Assembly: GCA_034723395.1 (NCBI GenBank)
Contig: JAYEOW010000010.1
Location: 1 to 18,554, forward strand
DNA length: 18,554 nt
From: Candidatus Margulisiibacteriota bacterium
GTDB lineage: Bacteria; Margulisbacteria; WOR-1; O2-12-FULL-45-9
Direction: 5' to 3'
Of this stretch, positions 1 through 8,289 are shown piece by piece (position 1 is the stretch's first letter; each line of letters opens with the position of its first letter). A program made the position numbers and the translations under genes. The notes under the pieces were generated by a model. That model was not told the DNA's origin. It searched no databases and saw only the letters and a program-made list of their open reading frames with translations.

Positions 1-60
1 ACCAAACTTATCAGTCAAAACGTAGAAGCGGTACCCGAAGATCAAAAACCAAGGAGGTGA
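1..60 (+). CDS. Probable 3' end of a gene entering from the left edge (…TKLISQNVEAVPEDQKPRR*), product unknown
   Basis: Frame 1 is open from base 1 to TGA at 58-60 and converges on the hairpin at 136-164. Too short to identify; frame 3 is also open to 77. Confidence 0.35.
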   Translation, partial: TKLISQNVEAVPEDQKPRR

Positions 61-107
61 TTTCGGTTAGGTCTTAGTTGATTTAACGATAACCATTTCG
101 GTTAGGT
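60..107. repeat. 13-bp exact direct repeat ATTTCGGTTAGGT x2 (60-72, 95-107)
   Basis: Read directly; 35-bp period, intergenic. Confidence 0.8.
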
Positions 108-135
108 TTTTATATGATTTGACACGCAGGTTTAT

Positions 136-164
136 AAAAAAAGGCGGCCGTGTCGGCCGCCTTT
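136..164 (-). terminator. Intrinsic terminator of the 190-1371 lipoprotein gene (possibly bidirectional)
   Basis: GGCGGCCG (143-150) / TGT loop / CGGCCGCC (154-161); A7 at 136-142 gives a U-tract on the minus strand, TTT at 162-164 on plus. Confidence 0.85.
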
Positions 165-189
165 CAGGATTTGAAAAATACTATCGTGT

Positions 190-1371
190 TTATTTGCCAA
201 TCAAGATAAGCCCATTATCGCCGACCACGATCACCCCGGCATGACTGGTATCGATTGCAGTTGAAGGAGACCATATCCCGTTCAGGGAATAAGGCACTCC
301 CTGCAGGATAATATTGCCCGAAGAAGTGCTTGGCCACATCCCGAAGATGACCCCCTGCGAGTCAGCCGCTGAACACCCTGCGACAGTCACATATCTTTCC
401 CCAGCTGCCCATGATTCTCCCTCGTGCACATCTTGAAAATTAACAGCCCCGGAGTAATCCTTAATGTTCCAGTTTGAACCATCGTAATATCTTAATTTGC
501 CGGAATCGCCGACCGCAACTCTGTAAATGCTGCCGGAATAGACCCAGGCTGCTACGGCATTGAAGCCGGTTACATTATCGCCTGCTTCCGTAAAGGTAAA
601 TCCATCATCTGCGTGATATAGTTTTCCGTTTGTGCCGACATTTTCGCTGGTTGGATTTCCGGTAGAAGCAAAATCTTTAGTGTAAATCGAGGGAGCTTCA
701 ACCGTTATGTACCCTATTGCACCCCAGGAACTGCCGTTATCGCTAGACTCCCTCACTAGCCCCGAACCACAGAAAAAGTATATACTATCGGGAGCAGGCA
801 AAAATACATCCAGCATTGAATCAGCGTCGGTCGTCGCCTGCCCCGAGTTCCAAGTGCCGCCGCCATCCGTACTCTGATAATACGATGCCCCAGCGCCCTT
901 ACCAATAATAACTATATTATTACCTGAAATTTCCTCGCTGGCAACCTTGTTCAAATCCGGATTCCCGGAAATAAAACTAACATCCCAATTAGTCGGGTTT
1001 GCGGTAAAATTCCTGTCAGTTAGGCCGGCACTTTCTACTGTAACCAGCATATTGGGAATTGACCATCCATCCTTGGAAGCAATCAATGTGTAAGTCCCGG
1101 GAGACAGCCCGCTTACCTCATATGTCCCGGTATTTGCGTCTGCGCTGGCAGTGGCAATTACCGTGGGTGAAGCAGTTACTGAAACATCTACTCCTCCCTT
1201 TATTCCATCAGATGTCGTGGCAAAATTCACCGTGCCTGAGATCGAAAGTGAAGGTATAGTGGTCGTGGTTGTGCTCGTATCTGTCGATTGCCCGCATCCA
1301 ACCACAAACCCCAATGAACCAAGCCCGATCACCAAACTGATTATAAGTAACTCCTTTGCCCAATTTCTCAT
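190..1371 (-). CDS. Surface lipoprotein: Thr-rich linker, carboxypeptidase-regulatory-like beta-sandwich, then BNR/Asp-box (YCF48-like) beta-propeller region
   Basis: Signal peptide with lipobox VVGC; STDTSTTTTT linker; GTYEVSGLSPGTYTLIASKDGW motif; Asp-boxes STDGGGTW and SSDNGSSW; AVGDSG and VVGDNG repeats; AAAGGAGA Shine-Dalgarno upstream. Confidence 0.75.
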   Translation of the reverse strand: MRNWAKELLIISLVIGLGSLGFVVGCGQSTDTSTTTTTIPSLSISGTVNFATTSDGIKGGVDVSVTASPTVIATASADANTGTYEVSGLSPGTYTLIASKDGWSIPNMLVTVESAGLTDRNFTANPTNWDVSFISGNPDLNKVASEEISGNNIVIIGKGAGASYYQSTDGGGTWNSGQATTDADSMLDVFLPAPDSIYFFCGSGLVRESSDNGSSWGAIGYITVEAPSIYTKDFASTGNPTSENVGTNGKLYHADDGFTFTEAGDNVTGFNAVAAWVYSGSIYRVAVGDSGKLRYYDGSNWNIKDYSGAVNFQDVHEGESWAAGERYVTVAGCSAADSQGVIFGMWPSTSSGNIILQGVPYSLNGIWSPSTAIDTSHAGVIVVGDNGLILIGK

Positions 1372-1404
1372 CTTTTATCTCCTTTCACCTTAGATTTTTC
1401 CTTA

Positions 1405-1432
1405 ATTTTACCCCTCCCAAAAAAAATGTCAA
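1405..1432 (-). promoter_or_regulatory. Sigma70-type promoter of the lipoprotein gene
   Basis: Minus strand TTGACA (1432-1427), 16-bp spacer, TAAAAT (1410-1405). Confidence 0.7.
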
Positions 1433-1447
1433 GGGCGGAATGGTTCC

Positions 1448-2418
1448 TCAGCAAAAAGTGTGCCAAATCAAGCCCCCCAGGTAAGCAATAGGGATAAAAG
1501 CGATCATCATTTTCCTGATGTAGGTCTGAACATTCCTGAAACCAAAGCTCATGCGCTTGATCATTTTGATCTTGTTGTGAGCGCCTTCGGTAAAAGCATT
1601 GGTAGTCTTATGGTTAAAATAATTGAGGATGTATTTTCTCCAGCGCTTAATGGTTCTTCCCCACTGATTAATCGCCGCATCGTCACTGCATTCCATGTTT
1701 ATGATTATCCTGGAAATAAGGATGGCTGCTTCTTCCCGGCTTTTGCTTTTGTAAAAAGACCTTAAATTCTCTTTTCGCCAATAAAATTCTTTTAATCCCG
1801 GATACTTGTTAAGCAAAAAATCCAGTTGTTGTCTATTTTTTTCATCAAGCCGTTCCCTCCCCATTAAAAACCACCAGCGTTTTCCTATCCGCTTCCTCCG
1901 TTGCATTCCCTGCTCCAGCCGACGACATTCGTCCAACCGGCGGTTGGCATCCTGGATAATATGAAAATGGTCGGCTACAATATCAGCCAGGGGAAGTTCC
2001 TGGCTAACCACAGACAAGAACAGCTCTCTCAAGTCAATGCAAACTTCTTTGATCTTAGGCTTGACGTTTTTCGGTATTGCCCTCAACCATTCCCGGAGGC
2101 TTTTTTGTTGATCACTGGGAAGAATGCTTTTCAACTCTTCAGCCCTGGCCACCGCTCAGTAAAAGGCTTGCCGCAACGCGAACACTGCCAACGGCTCTTA
2201 CGTCCTTTGAGATAGACGATCTTTTCTCCCCACAAATGGTGTTTAACAGACCTGATCTTTCCTGCCTGGTGACAATAACTCGCTTTCTTCCCACATCGGG
2301 GACAGCGTCGGTATTTTTTCTTTAGCTCGATCTCAACTTCAATGGCATTTGGTTGGGAATTAACTGAGCGGATCCAAAAAGCTTGCAGATGGAATATTTT
2401 TGATATATCATTTTTCAT
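1448..2418 (-). pseudogene. ISL3 transposase pseudogene (two frames: 2131-2418 and 1448-2152)
   Basis: N-part has the CPRCG…CSRCG zinc finger. C-part has VCIDL, ADHFH and TNAFTEGAHNKIKMIKRMSFGFRN. Combined about 325 aa; the HTH and first catalytic 'GIDE'-type motif are absent. Stop lies inside the IR. Confidence 0.88.
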
Positions 2419-2468
2419 GTGGTAGGTCCCTTTCTTTTTTGCTTAAGATAGGTTAAAACCTACCACAT
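2417..2468 (-). promoter_or_regulatory. 11-bp inverted repeat covering the transposase start region
   Basis: ATGTGGTAGGT (2417-2427) / ACCTACCACAT (2458-2468); one arm overlaps the start codon (2416-2418) and the SD-ATG spacer. Confidence 0.6.
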
Positions 2469-2496
2469 TTCTATTTATTTATTGGCACACTTTTTG

Positions 2497-3096
2497 CTAT
2501 AGACCCGTGTTCTTAATCCCCGAAGCCAAATAGAGATCTTTACTGTCAATTATCCTAATATTAATAAAGCCCGCCTCTTTAAACAAAACATACATTTTCT
2601 CTTCATCAGGAATTCGATCATTTTTAACCACATTTCCGACCTCTTTATGCAAAGCGTTTATCTCTTCCCGGCTGGCAGAATGAGCAACAGTAAAGACCCC
2701 CTTGGGCCTTAGAACTTTAAATATCTCAAACAAGGCTTTTGGCTTATCCTGAAAATGAGGAAAGGCGTTAAAACAGACAACTTTATCAAAGCGCTTCTCT
2801 TTAAAAGGAAGAAAATGCACGTCCCCTTCCACATAATCAAAGGAATCTGCAAATTTTTCCCTTGCTCTGGCAAGCATTTTTGGAGAGATATCAAGCGCGG
2901 TCACTCTTCCTTGTTTGCCAACCATTTTTTTTAAATTCGGCAGAATGACCCCGGTACCGCAACCGATATCCAGGACCATCTCCCCTGTCCGGATATCTGC
3001 CATTTTTAAAATATAGTCTATCTTGCTGGTATCAGTTACAGTTATGTTTTCATCCCAGTTCTCCGCATGCTTATCAAAGAATTCGCGTCGGCTCAT
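2497..3096 (-). CDS. Class I SAM-dependent methyltransferase (UbiE/Methyltransf_11-like), 199 aa
   Basis: VLDIGCGTG motif I, ALDISPKML, GDVHFLPF, FDKVVC. Start reassigned to MSRREFF (ATG 3096), which forms an ATGA overlap with the permease stop. Stop codon is supplied by the IS IR. Confidence 0.88.
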   Translation of the reverse strand: MSRREFFDKHAENWDENITVTDTSKIDYILKMADIRTGEMVLDIGCGTGVILPNLKKMVGKQGRVTALDISPKMLARAREKFADSFDYVEGDVHFLPFKEKRFDKVVCFNAFPHFQDKPKALFEIFKVLRPKGVFTVAHSASREEINALHKEVGNVVKNDRIPDEEKMYVLFKEAGFINIRIIDSKDLYLASGIKNTGL

Positions 3097-3908
3097 ATTT
3101 TTTTCGCCTTCCTCTTGGGGGAAAAGATCAGGCACAGCCCGAATATTGCCGAAGAAGCAATGATGATCACCGCTCCGGTTGGGACATTTAAAATATATGA
3201 AAATAAAAGCCCGATCAAACAGGAGGTAATCGCAAAAGCTGCAGAGAGCAGAAACATCCGCCTGAGATTATAAGTGAGCTGGTAAGCAGCAGAGGGTGGA
3301 TTGACCACCAGGCTAAAGATTAGAAGGCCCCCTATAGTATTCAAGTTTAAAGTTACAACCGCTCCAGTTAAAAACAACAGCAAATAAAAGATGGTTTTTT
3401 CAGGGATACCAACCGCGCGGGCAATTTCCCTATGAAAAAGAACCGCTTGGATTTCTTTAAAAAATAAAAGTAAAAATAAAAAGATTATAAAAGTGACAGC
3501 CATAAGCAGATACACATCTAATCTTGATATCAGCAAAATATTGCCCCAGATAAATTTCAGGGCTTCAGTCTTGGGACCCGGGATCAATCCCATGCCTAGA
3601 AAAGCAAATCCCAACATCAGGGAAAAAATTATCCCGATGGAGATATTGGCGTCCATTTCCGCCTTTTCCGCCATGGGACCAATCAGGCCAGAAGACACCA
3701 AACAAAAAAACAACGCCATTAATATAGGATTAACCCCTAAAAGAAGGCCAAAGATAGCCCCGGCAAAGGCGGCATGGGACATGGCAACCCCGACAAAGGG
3801 GATGCGCATCATAATTATCCATACCCCCACGACACCGCAGCTCGCTCCCCCGAGCACGGAAGCCAGAATGGCATGCTGCATAAATCTATATTGTAATATT
3901 TCAAGCAT
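3093..3908 (-). CDS. Metal ABC transporter permease (ZnuB/ABC-3 family)
   Basis: Highly hydrophobic; AMSHAAFAG, FIWGNILLIS, GGLLIFSLVVNPPSAA and VPTGAVII motifs typical of ABC-3 permeases. Confidence 0.92.
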   Translation of the reverse strand: MLEILQYRFMQHAILASVLGGASCGVVGVWIIMMRIPFVGVAMSHAAFAGAIFGLLLGVNPILMALFFCLVSSGLIGPMAEKAEMDANISIGIIFSLMLGFAFLGMGLIPGPKTEALKFIWGNILLISRLDVYLLMAVTFIIFLFLLLFFKEIQAVLFHREIARAVGIPEKTIFYLLLFLTGAVVTLNLNTIGGLLIFSLVVNPPSAAYQLTYNLRRMFLLSAAFAITSCLIGLLFSYILNVPTGAVIIIASSAIFGLCLIFSPKRKAKKI

Positions 3909-4620
3909 AGGTTAGCTGTTCAACTGGTTTTATGAGACAAGCATAAAGTTTTGAAAGGAGTTCAATCGACAAAGCTTGTTCTATCTTTCCGGTAAATACG
4001 ATCTTCCCCTCTTTTATTAAACATCCATTGCTGCAGGTTGACGGGATATGTCCAAGAATATGAGTTACAAAAATCACGGTTATCTTTCTTTCTCCATAAA
4101 CCTTATCAATCAATTCGATTATTTCCTTCTGGGCCTTTAAATCTAAACTTCCGGTGGGTTCATCCAGAAGCAGTATTTTTGGTTCCTGAGCCAGAGCCCT
4201 GGCAATAGAAACCTTCTGCTGTTCGCCGCCCGAAAGATGGCCTATCGGTCGGTCAGCCAGCTTCTCAATTCCGCAAAGTTTAATTGCGTTTTCAGCAATC
4301 ACCTTATCTCCAGAACCGGGGCTACGCAGTAATCCGATCTTCCCCACCCTTCCTATCATGACCACTTCTCTTACCGAAATCGGAGAACGGGGATCAATAT
4401 TTAAGGCCTGAGGAACAAATCCGATTTCTTTCCGCTCATAAGTATTAACCGAACCTTTGAGAATTTTACCCAGCCCGTTTATAGCCGTGAGCAGGGTAGT
4501 TTTCCCCGCCCCGTTCGGGCCAATAACTGCCAGATGCGTTCCTTCTTCAATTGTTAAATTGACATTATTGAGCGCGATATTTTCCCGATAAGAGACTGTT
4601 ACGTTCTGAAGTTTGATCAT
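3901..4620 (-). CDS. Metal ABC transporter ATP-binding protein (ZnuC/MntB-like)
   Basis: Walker A GPNGAGKTT, IGFVPQ, signature LSGGE, Walker B LLLDEP, H-loop VTH; overlaps both neighbours. Confidence 0.95.
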   Translation of the reverse strand: MIKLQNVTVSYRENIALNNVNLTIEEGTHLAVIGPNGAGKTTLLTAINGLGKILKGSVNTYERKEIGFVPQALNIDPRSPISVREVVMIGRVGKIGLLRSPGSGDKVIAENAIKLCGIEKLADRPIGHLSGGEQQKVSIARALAQEPKILLLDEPTGSLDLKAQKEIIELIDKVYGERKITVIFVTHILGHIPSTCSNGCLIKEGKIVFTGKIEQALSIELLSKLYACLIKPVEQLTYA

Positions 4621-5402
4621 CTTAGTGCCTTGATTATTTTTTCCACGTTTTGGTTTAGAGACAAAATATAAGAACCCTGCGGGAAGTTAGTGAGCATCAC
4701 CTGTTTGACTCCTATTTCCTGCGCGATTTGCTTACCGGCAACCGGCCCACTCTGGAGATTATCCACTACCAATTCTACTTTTTCATTTTTACCTATGTTT
4801 ATCAGCTTGATCATTTCTGAAGGGGTCAAATCCTCCGGTCTTCCATAAGCAGCTGCCACTTTAATCCCCAGCCATTTTATAAACGGCGCCTGCATTTTGG
4901 AAACAAGAGCTTTAACATTTTTGAACCTTTTAATCCGCGATTCAGCAAACTTGATGCTCGTTATATATTTTGATGAATTTTCCCTATATCCCTTGCAGTT
5001 ATCCTCATCTAATGCACAAAGAATCCCGGTAATTTTTCGAGTAGCCTGAATCTGTAAATCTGGAATCATCCAGTTTCCTTTAACGTTAACCGTCTTTGTT
5101 AAAAGTCGCTCATTTTCTACCGCGCTTAATAGTTTGCTCATCCACCCCTCCCAACCGTGGCTCAGCAAAAGCTTGGCATCAGAAGCAGCCGCAATATCGC
5201 CCGGTTTTACATCAAAATGTCCCGGACACATTCCGGAAGGAACAATGGCAACCACATCTATCCGATCCTTCCCCACCTCCTTAACAATGGATCCTATCAA
5301 AGATGTGGTCACTACAATCCTTACCCTCTCGGGGGGTGCTTTGGCGCACCCCGCCGAAAAGAATAAGCAAACAACTAATATCTTTAAAACAAGTTGCTTC
5401 AT
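4617..5402 (-). CDS. ZnuA/TroA-fold metal ABC substrate-binding lipoprotein with non-canonical ligand set
   Basis: Lipobox SAGC; IVVTTSLIGSIVKEVG…IVPSGMCPGHFD; layout of cluster A-I SBPs; translationally coupled to the ATPase. Confidence 0.85.
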   Translation of the reverse strand: MKQLVLKILVVCLFFSAGCAKAPPERVRIVVTTSLIGSIVKEVGKDRIDVVAIVPSGMCPGHFDVKPGDIAAASDAKLLLSHGWEGWMSKLLSAVENERLLTKTVNVKGNWMIPDLQIQATRKITGILCALDEDNCKGYRENSSKYITSIKFAESRIKRFKNVKALVSKMQAPFIKWLGIKVAAAYGRPEDLTPSEMIKLINIGKNEKVELVVDNLQSGPVAGKQIAQEIGVKQVMLTNFPQGSYILSLNQNVEKIIKALR

Positions 5403-5407
5403 TGGTC

Positions 5408-7225
5408 TTAGAATTTATAATTCAATCCCGCTGTAATCGTCCTTCCAGGCATAGTATAGGTTCCGGCTGAACCGCCAGGAAGATCTGCATAGACAACATA
5501 ATCTGTATTAAGCATATTATCCATCGCAATAAAACCAAACACTCCCGGCACAGCTTCAAAGTTCACCTTGCTGTTGAACACCAAAAAGGGAGTGATCGGG
5601 GACTGCTTATCATCCGCCGCATAGTAATCTCCGACATACTGCGCATTACCCGACAAAGAAAGCTTTCTGTCTCCGACCCTGGCGGAAATATCGATCTTTT
5701 TGCCGGGACGGCCGGTGGTTTTTGATCCCGGATCCAACGTGCTGTATGAAAGCCGGCCGGAAAACCATTCGCGGGGATTAGCCTTCAAGCTTATCTCCGT
5801 ACCTTTAAAAAAGAAAGAGCCGGTATTCTGGAAGCTAAACATCGGCGGAGGTGTAGCGTTACGCACCAGTTCAATCAAATTCTCTCCCTTCATGTTAAAG
5901 GTAACCAATTCAAAGTCCACTCCGGGTAAAAGCGTCTGGACAATGCCCAGCTCGTAATTATCAACAGTCTCGGCCTTGAGGTTGGGATTCCTCGAAGGGA
6001 AAAGATACAATTCGTTAATTTGCGGCGCCCGGAAACCACGGTTAGCCGCTGCCCTTAAGGTTGTATCGGTGGGTAAATGATAAACCACGCCCAGCTGAGG
6101 GCACAGCAAACTTCCCGCAACCTGATCATTATTATATCTGGCGCCAAAAGCCACAATCAGCCTTTCAAGAAATCTCTGCTCATCATGGAAAAAGATAGCG
6201 CTTTCCGCTTTTTCATAATTTCCGGGATAGGTCGCGCCGCTAATTGCTTCTCCTCCCTGCTGTCTGTATTCCGCGCCCAGCGTTAATTCGTTTCCGGGCA
6301 GCAAGCCGGCAGTTCCGTGCAGCATCAAACCATTGGTAAAATCAGATGATTTCCAACCGTCAGAAAACTCATGATTGCCAAAGTTTCGATAAATCTTAAA
6401 CTTATTACTCCATCCCCTCCATTGGCCGTCAAAATTAAGATCAATTGCTCCTCTTTTATAATCGTTCCATGAAGTTGACGCTGGAGTTGGAGGATCGGTG
6501 GATCGCAGGGGTTCATACTTTTTACCATCAAAGTATTTGATGGTAAAAACAGATGCCAGGCTATCTGAAATTGCATAGCCAAAGCGTCCGGTGTAATTCC
6601 CGCCATTGAAGGACGAGTTTGGCAGATAGCCATCGGTTGCCTGTTTGTCTGCGGTTATAAAATAGTCAAGTTTTCCTCTTATCCCTCCTACGTGAACCTG
6701 GTAATGGGAAGTATTGTAAGTACCCGAAGAAGCAAGGACGTTTCCCTCGAAATCCTTTTGGGCTTTTCTGGTTATGATGTTGATTACTCCACCCAAGGCA
6801 TCCGAACCATAGAGAACAGAATTTGGGCCACGCACAACCTCAATTCGTTCAACATTATCCAAAGGCAGGGAATGGGTAATGGTGCAGCCGAAGATCCCCA
6901 TTTTTACCGGGCGACCGTCGATTAGAATCATCACTTTCCTGCCCCGCTCACCCAAGCCTCTAATATCCACATCCGCCCTTCCAAAAACCCCAGTTTTATT
7001 GACAAAGACACCGGGCAAACTATTTAAGATATCGGGGCACGACTTGGCATTCGAGGCCTCGATATCCTCCCGGGTAATAATACTTACAGTTGCGGAAACA
7101 TCTTTTATCTCTTTCTCTGTTTTTGTAGCGGTTATAACAATTTTTTCTAATCCATATCTTTCCGCAAAACACACATTAAAAGTAATTGCTACAATAAATA
7201 AGGCTAAACTCAACTTCTTTAACAT
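5408..7225 (-). CDS. TonB-dependent outer-membrane receptor (BtuB/CirA-like), probably for nickel or a metal chelate
   Basis: Signal peptide, TonB box EKIVITAT, plug motifs DIRGLG/ILIDG/VERIEVVRGPNSVLYGSDALGGVINIIT, C-terminal PGRTITAGLNYKF. Confidence 0.95.
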   Translation of the reverse strand: MLKKLSLALFIVAITFNVCFAERYGLEKIVITATKTEKEIKDVSATVSIITREDIEASNAKSCPDILNSLPGVFVNKTGVFGRADVDIRGLGERGRKVMILIDGRPVKMGIFGCTITHSLPLDNVERIEVVRGPNSVLYGSDALGGVINIITRKAQKDFEGNVLASSGTYNTSHYQVHVGGIRGKLDYFITADKQATDGYLPNSSFNGGNYTGRFGYAISDSLASVFTIKYFDGKKYEPLRSTDPPTPASTSWNDYKRGAIDLNFDGQWRGWSNKFKIYRNFGNHEFSDGWKSSDFTNGLMLHGTAGLLPGNELTLGAEYRQQGGEAISGATYPGNYEKAESAIFFHDEQRFLERLIVAFGARYNNDQVAGSLLCPQLGVVYHLPTDTTLRAAANRGFRAPQINELYLFPSRNPNLKAETVDNYELGIVQTLLPGVDFELVTFNMKGENLIELVRNATPPPMFSFQNTGSFFFKGTEISLKANPREWFSGRLSYSTLDPGSKTTGRPGKKIDISARVGDRKLSLSGNAQYVGDYYAADDKQSPITPFLVFNSKVNFEAVPGVFGFIAMDNMLNTDYVVYADLPGGSAGTYTMPGRTITAGLNYKF

Positions 7226-7254
7226 TTCCCTTGCTCCCTTCTAACTTAAATTAC

Positions 7255-7264
7255 TCGTAACACC
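7255..7264 (-). promoter_or_regulatory. NikR-like half site upstream of the TonB-dependent receptor
   Basis: TCGTAACACC, identical to 8748-8757 and 9/10 identical to 9215-9224; no clear partner half site at 13-bp spacing. Confidence 0.45.
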
Positions 7265-7292
7265 GTGTAGGTCGGATTTTTAGCCCGATCGA

Positions 7293-7886
7293 TCACCACC
7301 CCCCTTTTAACTCAAAAACAAGAGGAATCGTGATTTTTATCCGCGATTCCCCAAATTCTTCCGGAATCGGAGGAAATGGAGATGCTCTTCCTATAGTAGC
7401 GAGCGCCTCATTATCCAGAATTTGATAATCAGAAGAATTAACCAATCTGATGTCCTGAACTTTCCCGTTTGATAAAATAACAAATTCAATTTCAGAATTT
7501 CCCTCAAAGTCTCTTTCCCTTGCCAGCTTGGGATACTTTTTAGCCACCTCGATCCTTTTCCTGATCTCAGCAAAATATTGATTTCTTAGTTTTCCTTTAT
7601 TGTTTTTATTTTTTCCAGAACGCCCCAAAAGATTATCACTAGCCAAATATTGGTTCGGAACCTGTCCTGACAGCTCGGAAACGTTACTGACTTTTTGAGC
7701 CTTAACCACAGAATCCCTCTTTTCTGCTTGCTCTTTTCCTACAATAATACTGCCCATACTTATCGACATATGGTTTGACCCATCTTCGATTAAAAAATTG
7801 CGAAAAACAGGAAAGATCGGCAGGACCAATACCCCATGTATAGAGACTGAAAGCATAAAAGCCGTAAAAAATGTCTTATTCCGCAT
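7293..7886 (-). CDS. tonB: Energy transducer TonB, 197 aa
   Basis: N-terminal TM with SVSIH (SxxxH); TonB_C motif YPKLARERDFEG…SSDYQILDNEAL…FPPIP. Start reassigned to MRNKTFF (ATG 7886), overlapping the exbD stop. Confidence 0.88.
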   Translation of the reverse strand: MRNKTFFTAFMLSVSIHGVLVLPIFPVFRNFLIEDGSNHMSISMGSIIVGKEQAEKRDSVVKAQKVSNVSELSGQVPNQYLASDNLLGRSGKNKNNKGKLRNQYFAEIRKRIEVAKKYPKLARERDFEGNSEIEFVILSNGKVQDIRLVNSSDYQILDNEALATIGRASPFPPIPEEFGESRIKITIPLVFELKGGW

Positions 7887-8289
7887 TGGAATTTTTCCGC
7901 TGCGGGCCGTCAAACATAGTCGCAATTGACAGTTTTCCCACATTGCAGGCTTTGGCAATATCCATTATTTTCGTTACGATCCCTAATCGAACGTCTTTAT
8001 CAGCCTTGATAACAACGGGCTTCTTAATTGAAGAAAGCGCGTTTTTTAAATCGGATAATTTGAGCCTTTTACCTTTCATATAAATATCTTCTTGGGGAGT
8101 TACATAAATAGTAATATTCTTATCGTCCAGATTTGAAGAAAAAACAGCCTTGGGAAGATCGATCTCAAATCCATTCTGCTCGATAAATGAAGAAGTGAGC
8201 AAAAAAAAGATTAAAAGCAGGAATACGCAATCAATCAAAGGAGCGATGTCTAAATATGTGTTTATTTTCGATCGTCCTCTAAGCCTCAA
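7876..8289 (-). CDS. exbD: ExbD/TolR family biopolymer transport protein
   Basis: DIAPLIDCVFLLLIFFLLTS TM with conserved Asp; IDLPKA; VVIKADKDV. Confidence 0.92.
   Translation of the reverse strand: MRLRGRSKINTYLDIAPLIDCVFLLLIFFLLTSSFIEQNGFEIDLPKAVFSSNLDDKNITIYVTPQEDIYMKGKRLKLSDLKNALSSIKKPVVIKADKDVRLGIVTKIMDIAKACNVGKLSIATMFDGPQRKNSNAE

Larger units (their letters stand above)
1442..2506 (-). mobile_element. ISL3-family insertion sequence, internally deleted (1065 bp)
   Basis: 25-bp terminal IRs: GGTTCCTCAGCAAAAAGTGTGCCAA (1442-1466) vs reverse complement of 2482-2506 GGGTCTATAGCAAAAAGTGTGCCAA (21/25 identical, GG ends). Encloses the ISL3 transposase fragments; no target-site duplication visible. 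Confidence 0.9.

Noticed and set aside
60..107. Possible CRISPR mini-array
   Set aside because: Only two 13-bp units with a 22-bp spacer; too short, and no cas genes in the window.
2131..2152. Programmed frameshift joining the two ISL3 ORFs
   Set aside because: No clear slippery heptamer, and the joined protein would still lack the HTH and first catalytic Asp; deletion fits better.
7226..7292. Cobalamin riboswitch ahead of the BtuB-like receptor
   Set aside because: Gap is only 67 bp with no B12-box; the gap upstream of nikR (84 bp) is filled by promoter and operator.
7887..7958. N-terminal extensions in the ORF track (tonB here; also methyltransferase 3097-3135, feoB 16206-16292, feoA 16448-16567, NrdD-domain 17372-17413)
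   Set aside because: They overlap upstream genes or a hairpin; downstream ATGs give stop/start coupling or a strong SD and normal domain starts.
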